Source: Candidatus Methanoperedens sp. (GTDB taxonomy: Archaea; Halobacteriota; Methanosarcinia; Methanosarcinales; Methanoperedenaceae). Taken from it: a stretch of 32,000 nt of DNA. The translations under genes and the position numbers were made by a program. Below, piece by piece: positions 7,662-15,527 of this stretch. The stretch spans positions 30,001-62,000 of the forward strand of contig JAPZAR010000027.1 in assembly GCA_027460535.1 (NCBI GenBank). The letters run 5' to 3'. The notes below the pieces were generated by a model. It saw only the letters and a program-made list of their open reading frames with translations. It ran no database searches and was not told the DNA's origin. The first letter of the stretch is position 1. Each line of letters opens with the position of its first letter.

Positions 7662-9107
7662 TCAGTACCTTGGGCACCTTGCCCTTGCAAGAATTACGGA
7701 TATTCCTTTCTTATCGAGCTTTTTCTCCAATAGATTTTTAATATCCATATACATCTGCGGGTCTATTATCTCAGTATCCTTGACCAGAGACCTGACAAGT
7801 TCGGTGAGATCGGGTACATCCTGGCCCCCGGTCATGGCAGAGATCTGGTTCTGCAGCACTATTACAACCACTTCATGTCTGTTGTGAACCGCATTGATCA
7901 GCCCCGAAATCCCTGAATGCGCAAGCCCGAAATCACCCGCTATCGCTATCCCTTTCCTGTTGAACCCTGAGGCTGTGCCTATCGAAGAACCCAAGGAGAA
8001 TGCAGCATCAAGGAGGGATAGTGGAGGAACGGAAGCCAGTATTGAGCACCCGAGGTCTCCCGCCACGGGCACATTCAACTCTTTTACTGCATTGTAAAGG
8101 GGCAAATACGGGCAATCATCACATAAAGGGCGTGCGCCGCGTTCCTCTATGGTCTGTGGTGCAATATCGCGTGAGATCTTGTTTTCATTGATACCTCTAA
8201 TCGCCTTTTGAATATCCTCAACTTCGACCATGCCGAAAGGCATGTGTCCTGTAAGCTTTCCGAGCACCCTTTTTGAAAGCTGTCTCTCAATGACAGGTTC
8301 TGTCTCTTCCACTACCAGGACGCGTTCATGGTCCCCTATGAATCGATTTATCAGATCCAGAGGAAAGGGATTTGTTACAGTGAGTGCAAGGTGGGAATAA
8401 TCATCTGGAAGGATGCGATCTACAAGTGTTGAAGGAAAACCCGCTGAAATTATTCCATTCCTGCCTCTATCCTCGCATGTATTTAATTTTGAGCTTTCTG
8501 CATACCTGCACATCTCCGGATAAGATTCGGAGTGAAAGCGCTGGTGCTTGCCCAGCATGGTAAAGAGCCATATATTTCTGTCAAGGGACTTTGCCCGGGG
8601 TGTGCCTCTGCTTTTTCTTACGACATCGCTCTCGCTTTTCAGTAACCTGTCCGTGACCCTGATTATCACGGGAGTACTCACTTTTTCTGATAATCCAAAA
8701 GCCTCTTTGATACTCAGGTAAAGTGCCTGTGGAGTTGATGGGTCAAAAACAGGGACTTCCGCTATTAATCCGTAGAACCGCGAATCCTGCTCATTCTGGG
8801 ATTTCTGAACTCCCGCGTCATCCCCTGCAATTATCACCACCCCGGCACCTATGGTATGCGTTGCAGAGGTCACGAGCGGGTCGGCCAGGATATTCATACC
8901 CACATGCTTTGTGATAACTGCGCCGCGCTCTCCGCATACCGATGAGCCCAGCGCGATTTCAAGAGCTACCTTTTCATTGACACACCATTCATGCCTGATC
9001 TTCCCCATTTTTTCCATCAGTTCAGTTATCGGAAAACCGGGAACACCTGTCACAATTTTAACATCGCTATCAAGAAGACCCAGGGCTGCAGCATCAATCC
9101 CCTTCAT
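7662..9107 (-). CDS. Indolepyruvate:ferredoxin oxidoreductase alpha-subunit-like TPP enzyme; short form with no recognisable 2x[4Fe-4S] ferredoxin insert
   Basis: An N-terminal VTGVPGFPITEL...EKVALEIALGSS...GMNILADPL pattern resembles IorA. The C-terminal GDFGLAHSGISGLINAVHN...VVIVLQN resembles a TPP-binding region, and CDDCPY is also present. 481 aa is clearly shorter than my recollection of IorA length. The start overlaps the upstream gene's stop as ATGA. Confidence 0.65.
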   Translation of the reverse strand: MKGIDAAALGLLDSDVKIVTGVPGFPITELMEKMGKIRHEWCVNEKVALEIALGSSVCGERGAVITKHVGMNILADPLVTSATHTIGAGVVIIAGDDAGVQKSQNEQDSRFYGLIAEVPVFDPSTPQALYLSIKEAFGLSEKVSTPVIIRVTDRLLKSESDVVRKSRGTPRAKSLDRNIWLFTMLGKHQRFHSESYPEMCRYAESSKLNTCEDRGRNGIISAGFPSTLVDRILPDDYSHLALTVTNPFPLDLINRFIGDHERVLVVEETEPVIERQLSKRVLGKLTGHMPFGMVEVEDIQKAIRGINENKISRDIAPQTIEERGARPLCDDCPYLPLYNAVKELNVPVAGDLGCSILASVPPLSLLDAAFSLGSSIGTASGFNRKGIAIAGDFGLAHSGISGLINAVHNRHEVVVIVLQNQISAMTGGQDVPDLTELVRSLVKDTEIIDPQMYMDIKNLLEKKLDKKGISVILARARCPRY

Positions 9108-10060
9108 AAAGCCACCGATTCATCGTTCCGCGAGAACCAGGGAAGAGCTGCAAGAGCACCGATGATGCCTTTCCCCCCGATGCAGATCTCAACACCGCTC
9201 TCCCTGGCGGTCTTTATTGTGAGTTCCTTTGTAATCATGCCGCTCCTGCAAAGTCTGCTGTATTCCGCAAGTGAAGACGCATCGAAGTCCGCCAGCGCTA
9301 CCATGCCCGTTTCGCTGGATACGCTATATTCTTCAAGACCTTCCTTTATTTTCTCGATCAAGCTTTTTTTTGCACCATCCATGCATGCGAATTCAAGCAC
9401 CGTCGCGACGCAGTTCTGGGTCTTATCAGGCACGGGGTAAAGCTGGACAAGGGTATGCGAGATATATTTACTCTCAATTGAATCCACAGCCGCTGCGATA
9501 TTATGAGCAAGCGTCCATGTCGCTCCCACCTCTTTTGAGTCCGTGTTATCAATTCCCACAAGCACTCTCTCTCTTCTTGGGACTATGATCGTGCCGCTTG
9601 CGCGCTTTCCTCCCCCTGATTCCGAAACCCGGCAGCGCAGGACGCCGTTCGCGAATGCTCTGCACGTCGTTGCTCCAACCCCGCCGCCTCCTAGGCCGCT
9701 GTACGTTATCTCGATTTCATTATCATTTATGACAACGGACTCAATGCCAGCCGCTGCCACGGAAGAGCGCAGGTCAAGATCTGAATTCCCGCATCTTACA
9801 AGATAGCGCATCATGTCTCCTACCGCCCTACTCTTAATAACAAGAGGGCTTTTGGAGTAATGGTAGAGCGCCCAGGCCGAGCCGCCGTAGCAGCTTGAAT
9901 GTTCCATTATTTCCACATATTCATGTCTGCGGTCCGCCACTGCGTAAATACCCTTATAAACGATGTTGTATGGGTCAGATAGATACATATTTACAGTGGT
10001 TTTAAGTATTCTATCCCATATATGAGTATCTGGGTTAATTAAAATGTTCAACAAATTCAT
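9104..10060 (-). CDS. Conserved archaeal protein whose C-terminal half resembles the N-terminal kinase-like domain of TiaS (DUF1743-type); possibly the 'methanogenesis marker protein 11' family
   Basis: Residues about 165-318 read VLVGIDNTDSKEVGATWTLAH...LVQLYPVPDKTQN...GKGIIGALAALPW. From memory this parallels the hhGIDDTDS...GMCTTY...GRGhIGAhAA signature at the TiaS N-terminus. There is no OB-fold or Zn-ribbon tail. The 160-aa N-terminal domain is unrecognised. The family assignment was not verified. Confidence 0.45.
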   Translation of the reverse strand: MNLLNILINPDTHIWDRILKTTVNMYLSDPYNIVYKGIYAVADRRHEYVEIMEHSSCYGGSAWALYHYSKSPLVIKSRAVGDMMRYLVRCGNSDLDLRSSVAAAGIESVVINDNEIEITYSGLGGGGVGATTCRAFANGVLRCRVSESGGGKRASGTIIVPRRERVLVGIDNTDSKEVGATWTLAHNIAAAVDSIESKYISHTLVQLYPVPDKTQNCVATVLEFACMDGAKKSLIEKIKEGLEEYSVSSETGMVALADFDASSLAEYSRLCRSGMITKELTIKTARESGVEICIGGKGIIGALAALPWFSRNDESVAL

Positions 10061-11888
10061 TATAATGATTGCCCTGATTTTAGTGACTGCAGGGGGCGCT
10101 CAAGCCCTTGATGGCGGAGTTAGCGTTCCTCTCGTGGCGGATAGCAGCACAGCAGAAGGTGATACCGGCATTCTACTGGGGGCACAGGTCATAGTCACAA
10201 ACGGGACAGGTCATGTTTTTGTGGATACAAGCCCATATACCCAGGTCGACCTGCAGGGCTCAGCAAGGATTGCAGCCATGGTGGCTTCTGATGTGCTGGG
10301 AATTGACCAGAGAGCTTATGATTTTTATTATATCATCGATATAAGTTCACCCATTATTGGGGGACCATCGGCCGGGGGGGCATTGACCGTGGCTACGATA
10401 GCAGCTTTAAAAAACTGGACATTAAAACCTGGTGTTGTCATGACAGGTATGATAGACCCTGATGAGTCCATCGGGCCTGTGGGAGGGATTCCTTTCAAAC
10501 TTGAAGCTGCGGCAGCCAAAAACACCACACTGTTCCTTGTTCCACAGGGGCAAAGCACCGTAACTGTAACAAAAATCGTTCGCCGAGCAAAAGGGCCGAT
10601 CATAGTTTCGCAGACCCAGGAGGAAACAGTGGACGTAGTGGACCTTGGAAAGAAACTGAACGTAACAGTGAAAGAGGTGGGAACAATACAGGATGCCGTA
10701 TTTGTTTTTACTGGCCATGAAATAATCAAACCCGAGTTCAAAGGGAATGTTCTGACCTCGAATTATATTGATCTGCTTGAACCGCTGGCTACCAGGCTGA
10801 AAAAAGAATCATCCGATTGGTATGGAGAACTGGCTGGCGCATTGCCGAAAAATCAGTTCCTTGACCAGGCAAAAGACATCCTTGGCAGGGCAGATACGAT
10901 GTATAAAGACCAGAAATACTACGCAGCTACCTCTTTATATTTTAATTCAATGATCAATATGCGTTTTGTGCAGTGGGATGACGGTTATGGCAAAGCCGTT
11001 GATAAAGAACAATATCTTACCGATCTGATAAATAAGGTCGAAACGCAGATACAACTTTCAGAAAAAGATCTTGACGCCTTCAAATCGTATGGCGTAAGCG
11101 ATGTTGAAGCTGTGGGTGCAGCGGAATCCAGGATAACCACAGCGAGGGCCAGACTCGATGAGGCAAAAAAACTCAATAATAGCGAGGATAAGATCATGTC
11201 GCTTGCTTTCGCAAATGAAAGGGCAAGAACTGCACAGTGGTGGCTCACGCTTGCATCGCCGGGTGATACAACAATACCTGAAAATATTTTAAAAGCCCGC
11301 GCTGGATGGTACTTGAGCCAGGCACAGTCAATTAACACTTACATCCAGGCGCTGCTGGCAGATTCTGGAGCGCATGCCGGGATCACGGGTGTTGCAGACG
11401 AGGATATAAACCAGGCGCAGACAGAGTTACAGAAGGGATATTATTCAGGTGCTATCTTTGATTCACTTCAGGCAACCGTGAAGGCAAGCACGACCATAGG
11501 GTTATTCGGCGATGTGGATACTTCGTCAAAGACCAATAAGAGCGCGGATGCAGCAAAATCGCAAATCAACGAAGCCCGGTTGGGCGGGATCGAACCTACG
11601 TTAGCGGTAAGCGCGTATGAATACGCCGGTACACTGACCACTCCATTCGAAGAGATCTCCCAATATTCATACGCAAGAATGGTGGCCAAGACATCACTTG
11701 TACTTAACTCCTATGCCGTACCTGCCGCAGGAAAACCAGTAAAGCCCACAGTTACTCCTTTTGTATATGAGGCAATACCGTCAGCAACACCTGCTGCAAC
11801 GAACCAAACCGCAAAAAAAGTGCCGGCTCTGGAAGCTATCGCAGCAATCGCCGTCATATTGGTTGTAAGGCGTTTGAACAGAAGCTAA
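10044..11888 (+). CDS. Secreted S16 (Lon C-terminal domain-like, COG1750-type) serine protease with a long helical region and a C-terminal membrane anchor
   Basis: Signal peptide MFNKFIIMIALILVTAGGAQA. Catalytic Ser in IIGGPSAGGALTVA and a candidate dyad Lys in GGIPFKLEAAAAKN. A helical region of about 330 aa is followed by a Pro/Thr linker and the terminal ALEAIAAIAVILVVRRLNRS (TM helix plus basic tail). Several N-x-S/T sequons are present. Confidence 0.75.
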   Translation: MFNKFIIMIALILVTAGGAQALDGGVSVPLVADSSTAEGDTGILLGAQVIVTNGTGHVFVDTSPYTQVDLQGSARIAAMVASDVLGIDQRAYDFYYIIDISSPIIGGPSAGGALTVATIAALKNWTLKPGVVMTGMIDPDESIGPVGGIPFKLEAAAAKNTTLFLVPQGQSTVTVTKIVRRAKGPIIVSQTQEETVDVVDLGKKLNVTVKEVGTIQDAVFVFTGHEIIKPEFKGNVLTSNYIDLLEPLATRLKKESSDWYGELAGALPKNQFLDQAKDILGRADTMYKDQKYYAATSLYFNSMINMRFVQWDDGYGKAVDKEQYLTDLINKVETQIQLSEKDLDAFKSYGVSDVEAVGAAESRITTARARLDEAKKLNNSEDKIMSLAFANERARTAQWWLTLASPGDTTIPENILKARAGWYLSQAQSINTYIQALLADSGAHAGITGVADEDINQAQTELQKGYYSGAIFDSLQATVKASTTIGLFGDVDTSSKTNKSADAAKSQINEARLGGIEPTLAVSAYEYAGTLTTPFEEISQYSYARMVAKTSLVLNSYAVPAAGKPVKPTVTPFVYEAIPSATPAATNQTAKKVPALEAIAAIAVILVVRRLNRS

Positions 11889-11889
11889 T

Positions 11890-13038
11890 ATGGCTCACAG
11901 GATCTATTTTTCAGTATGCGGGGAAGGATACGGGCATTCAAGCCGGGACATGGCAATCGCAGATGTGCTCGCCCGGTCCGGAGCTGATGTTCTAATGGGA
12001 AGCTACGGATATGTTCTGGAACGTTTAAATAAAAATTTCAGGGTCGTTGAGGTGGAGAGGGAGTTCGAAATGATCGGGGACAAGGGTGCATTTGACCTTA
12101 AAGCCACCATATTCCGAAGTAAAAATACTGCGCTTCATTTCTCGAGACTAATTTCCCAGGAAAAAGAAAGGATGGAGGATTTTAATGCCACGTGTGTTGT
12201 GGCAGATGGCAGATGTGCCGCGGTTTTTGCTGCTTTCAAGCTCGGTCTACCGTGTGTTATTATTTCCAATCAGACAAGCGTTGAGCCTTTTTTCAGGGAA
12301 TGCAGCTTTTTTATCCGCCTTCTCGGAAAACCCGTGGAACTGACGCTAAAGACCATGTCCACGCTTGCCGATAACACGCTAATCCCGGATTTTCCCCCTC
12401 CCCATACCATATGTCTCAATACCTTGAGCAGAAAAAAGCATATAAAGAAAAAACAGCGGTTTACCGGACCCTTGGTCGCAGAAAGCTTTTACAATGGAAA
12501 CCATAATGAAAAGGTTGATGTCGAAACCCCTTTTGTATTAACCCTTCTGGGGGGACACTCATTCCGGTTCCCCATCTTTGAGGGGATCTTGAAAATCGCG
12601 GACAGGTTTCCCGGCATCAATTTCCTTATTTTTACAAAATTCGAGAGCGATTCTGTACCCAAAAACGTCAAAGTTTCTAAGTTCGCTTTCGATATTTCTT
12701 CATATATGCAGGCCGCAGAGATTATAATAACGCAGGCAGGGCACAGTACGGCCATGGAGATACTCGCGCTTGGAAAACCAGCCCTCATAATCCCGGATAA
12801 AGGACAGATAGAACAGGAGAGTAACGCGCGGCGGATGAAGGAACTCGGGGTAGCCGAAACTCTGGACTATGCGTCCCTTGATCCCGAGTCGCTTTATGAA
12901 AAAATCGATATATTGCTGAATGACCCCGGGTTCAAGACGAGAGCTAAGGAGTATTCAGAGCTTGCAAAAAAAATGAATGGACCTCAAAAAGCAACAGATC
13001 TGATCCTTGAATTATCAGAAAGCATACAATGCTATTAG
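11890..13038 (+). CDS. Glycosyltransferase, GT1/GT28 MurG-like (MJ1255-type)
   Basis: N-terminal FSVCGEGYGHSSRDMAIA (GxGxGHxxR-type motif) and C-terminal ITQAGHSTAMEILALGKPALIIP (GT28 C-terminal donor-binding motif). It starts 1 nt after the protease stop. Confidence 0.75.
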   Translation: MAHRIYFSVCGEGYGHSSRDMAIADVLARSGADVLMGSYGYVLERLNKNFRVVEVEREFEMIGDKGAFDLKATIFRSKNTALHFSRLISQEKERMEDFNATCVVADGRCAAVFAAFKLGLPCVIISNQTSVEPFFRECSFFIRLLGKPVELTLKTMSTLADNTLIPDFPPPHTICLNTLSRKKHIKKKQRFTGPLVAESFYNGNHNEKVDVETPFVLTLLGGHSFRFPIFEGILKIADRFPGINFLIFTKFESDSVPKNVKVSKFAFDISSYMQAAEIIITQAGHSTAMEILALGKPALIIPDKGQIEQESNARRMKELGVAETLDYASLDPESLYEKIDILLNDPGFKTRAKEYSELAKKMNGPQKATDLILELSESIQCY

Positions 13039-13042
13039 GTCA

Positions 13043-13591
13043 ATGATGAGCTTCCTGACATACATGGAATCGCTGGACCACACGATTTTCCTTGATATCA
13101 ATCATGGCATCACAAATCCTGTTTTTGATGTTTTTTTTCCGACCTTGAGGGATCTCACGTATGTTTTCTGGTTTACCCTGATCGTGTATTTTCTGCTCAA
13201 AAAAGAAAGAAAACTGGCTTTACTTATCACAATTGGGATTATTGCCGGTGCCGTTCTAACATATCCGGTAAAATTTCTCATTGACAGGGCAAGACCCTAC
13301 GATCAAATAGAGACCGCAAGGGTTCTGACACCGCTTGAACACGATCCCTCATTCCCTTCAGGACATACTGAAATGAGTTTCCTTGCAGCCACGGTCGTTT
13401 CCAGGTTCCATCCCGAGTACAGCAAATACCTGTATGCATTTTCAATTATTGTTGCTTTGAGCAGGATCTATGTGGGTGTACACTTCCCGGGGGATGTTAT
13501 AGGCGGTGTGATAATTGGAATAATTGTTGGTAAACTAATCATAACGCTGGCGCAAAAAAAGAAGAATATTTTCTGGGAGGAAGAGAATTAA
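13043..13591 (+). CDS. PAP2-family lipid phosphate / polyprenyl-diphosphate phosphatase (membrane)
   Basis: All three PAP2 motifs are present: KFLIDRARP, PSGHT and SRIYVGVHFPGD. Multiple TM helices. I prefer the ATG at 13043, 5 nt after the upstream stop, over the track start at 13007, which overlaps the GT gene. Confidence 0.8.
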   Translation: MMSFLTYMESLDHTIFLDINHGITNPVFDVFFPTLRDLTYVFWFTLIVYFLLKKERKLALLITIGIIAGAVLTYPVKFLIDRARPYDQIETARVLTPLEHDPSFPSGHTEMSFLAATVVSRFHPEYSKYLYAFSIIVALSRIYVGVHFPGDVIGGVIIGIIVGKLIITLAQKKKNIFWEEEN

Positions 13592-13593
13592 AA

Positions 13594-13869
13594 TTATCCC
13601 CCGCTGACAGCGGGGAGGATTGATATCTCGTCCGCGCCTTTCACGGCGCTGTCAAGCCCTTTCAGGTGCCTTATATCCTCGCCGTTCACATACAGGTTGA
13701 CAAAGCGCCTTACTTCGCCTTTCTCAAGGATACGACGTTCAAAGTCCGGGCCGAATTGCTGAATAAGTTTATCCAGCACTGCTTTTACTGTCGTATCGCC
13801 TAAGTCAAGGATCGTTTCGCGGGCATGGGTCACATTGCTCAATGCAGAAGAAAATCTTATTTTTACCAT
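13594..13869 (-). CDS. MoaD/ThiS-family beta-grasp sulfur-carrier (ubiquitin-like) protein with C-terminal Gly-Gly
   Basis: 91 aa ending ...EISILPAVSGG directly before the stop. Size and pattern (VNGEDI...GADEISILP..GG) are typical of MoaD/ThiS/SAMP. It starts 9 nt downstream of the ThrC-family gene on the same strand. Confidence 0.8.
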   Translation of the reverse strand: MVKIRFSSALSNVTHARETILDLGDTTVKAVLDKLIQQFGPDFERRILEKGEVRRFVNLYVNGEDIRHLKGLDSAVKGADEISILPAVSGG

Positions 13870-13878
13870 TTTATCACC

Positions 13879-15153
13879 TTATGTATTAGCGATCGGTGCA
13901 ACCTCTCGCTGCTTGTGAATATCAAGTTTTGGCTCTGTGAGACGCTCAAACTCGCTCAGCATTGGTTTGATGACAGGGGGACGTTGCAGTGACTTGAGCA
14001 GGGTATCCTGCGCCTTAAGACCGTTCCCCGTGACGTATATCACGATCCGCTCATCGCGCTGTATGTGCCCGCTCTCAACCAGTTTCTTCAATCCCGCGAC
14101 AGTAGTGCCTCCCGCTGGTTCCGTGAATATTCCCTCCGTCCTAGCAAGTAGATGGATAGCATCAATGATCTCGGGGTCTGTCGGCGTGGCCGCATAACCT
14201 CCTGAATCCAGGATCGTCTTCTTGGCATAGTACCCGTCCGCCGGGTTGCCTATGGCAAGGCTGTGCGCCACTGTCTCGAAGTTCCTGACCGGGACAACCT
14301 CGCTGTTGTTTTGCACAGCGCATGATATGGGCGAACAGTTGAGGGGCTGCGAACCCGATATCCTGACATCCGCTTTCTCCACAAGACCCACACGTTCAAG
14401 TTCCTTGTATCCCCTGGAAATGGCGCACAGGAGCGCGCCGCTTGCCATCGGGGCTACGATGTGGTCAGGAACTTCCCATTTCAACTGCTCAGAAGTCTCA
14501 TAAGCGAGCGTCTTTGAACCTTCGGTATAATAAGGCCGGATATTGATATTCACAAAGGCCCAATCCGGATGGGAGTCCGCCACCTCGCTTGCGAGGCGAT
14601 TGGCATCATCGTACGTGCCTTCCACAGCGATCACCTTCGGGCCGTAGATGAGCATCTGTACTATCTTTCCTATTTCTATCGTGCTGGGGATGAAAATATA
14701 TGCCGGCAATCCGGCTTTCGCTGCATGGGCGCCCACTGCTGCCGCAAGGTTGCCAGTGCTTGCACACCCTACTGCTTTTACATCAAATTCGATCGCCTTT
14801 GAAATTGCAACCGATGTGACCCTGTCCTTGAATGAATTGGTAGGATTCACGGACTCGTCCAGGATATAGAGTTCTTCGAGTCCTAATACCGCTCCCAGGC
14901 GGTCTGCATGATGGAGAGTATTGAAACCGGCTCCGAGGTCGATGCGTTTTTCTGATTCGAGCGGGAGTAGGTCTGCGTATCTCCATATCGATTTTGGCCC
15001 CGCAGCTATCTTTTCTTTACTGATGTGGTCTGAAATATAATCCCAATCGTAATTGACTTCAAGAGGACCGAAGCATTCATAACATGTATTCTGGATAACA
15101 GCAGGGTACTCAGCACCGCATTCCCTGCATTTCAATCCTATAACGTGACTCAT
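13879..15153 (-). CDS. thrC: Threonine synthase family PLP enzyme with an N-terminal zinc ribbon
   Basis: N-terminal CRECG...CYEC ribbon, the PLP-lysine motif NPTNSFKDR, GCASTGN, and C-terminal EGIFTEPAGGTTVAGLKKL plus VTGNGLK. The symbol is tentative; see the finding on the MoaD pairing. Confidence 0.8.
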   Translation of the reverse strand: MSHVIGLKCRECGAEYPAVIQNTCYECFGPLEVNYDWDYISDHISKEKIAAGPKSIWRYADLLPLESEKRIDLGAGFNTLHHADRLGAVLGLEELYILDESVNPTNSFKDRVTSVAISKAIEFDVKAVGCASTGNLAAAVGAHAAKAGLPAYIFIPSTIEIGKIVQMLIYGPKVIAVEGTYDDANRLASEVADSHPDWAFVNINIRPYYTEGSKTLAYETSEQLKWEVPDHIVAPMASGALLCAISRGYKELERVGLVEKADVRISGSQPLNCSPISCAVQNNSEVVPVRNFETVAHSLAIGNPADGYYAKKTILDSGGYAATPTDPEIIDAIHLLARTEGIFTEPAGGTTVAGLKKLVESGHIQRDERIVIYVTGNGLKAQDTLLKSLQRPPVIKPMLSEFERLTEPKLDIHKQREVAPIANT

Positions 15154-15472
15154 CTAAAACTTCACCTGTCCATAATAGAACATTACCTTATATAATATTT
15201 ACCATTCATGTTGATAACTCAGAGTAATAAAAGACTGAATAGTTTGTTATAATTCTGAAGTTCCATTGCTATAGCGCCGAAAGCAAGCACAGTAACAGAA
15301 AAATTGGCGGGATAAAGCTCCCGCGATCGCCGGCGGAAGAACAAAGATTATACCAAGTATATTTCTTGCTTCCCAGAGACTCCCAATCTGCAAAGACACT
15401 CAGATTCCCTTTCTGAAATAATATCTTAGGGATCGGGTTACCTTTTCACATGTTTTCGATACTAAAGAGCAG

Positions 15473-15512
15473 AAAAAAAAGAATTCGGGGAGAGGTAAAA
15501 TCCTTCCCCGAA
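15473..15512 (-). terminator. Hairpin plus oligo-T terminator immediately after the multicopper oxidase stop codon
   Basis: On the minus strand TTCGGGGA (15512..15505) pairs with TCCCCGAA (15491..15484) across a 13-nt loop, followed by T8 (the complement of A8 at 15473-15480). It begins 16 nt after the TAG-TAA double stop. Confidence 0.5.
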
Positions 15513-15527
15513 TAACGGCATTTGTTA

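Noticed and set aside
10044-10060. Divergent genes whose annotated start codons overlap by 17 nt (protease ATG at 10044 on +, TiaS-like ATG at 10060 on -)
   Set aside because: This is most likely a start-codon assignment issue rather than biology. The protease could start at the ATG at 10065 (MIALILVTAGGAQA still gives a signal peptide), or the minus-strand gene could start at an internal Met. It cannot be resolved without orthologue alignment.
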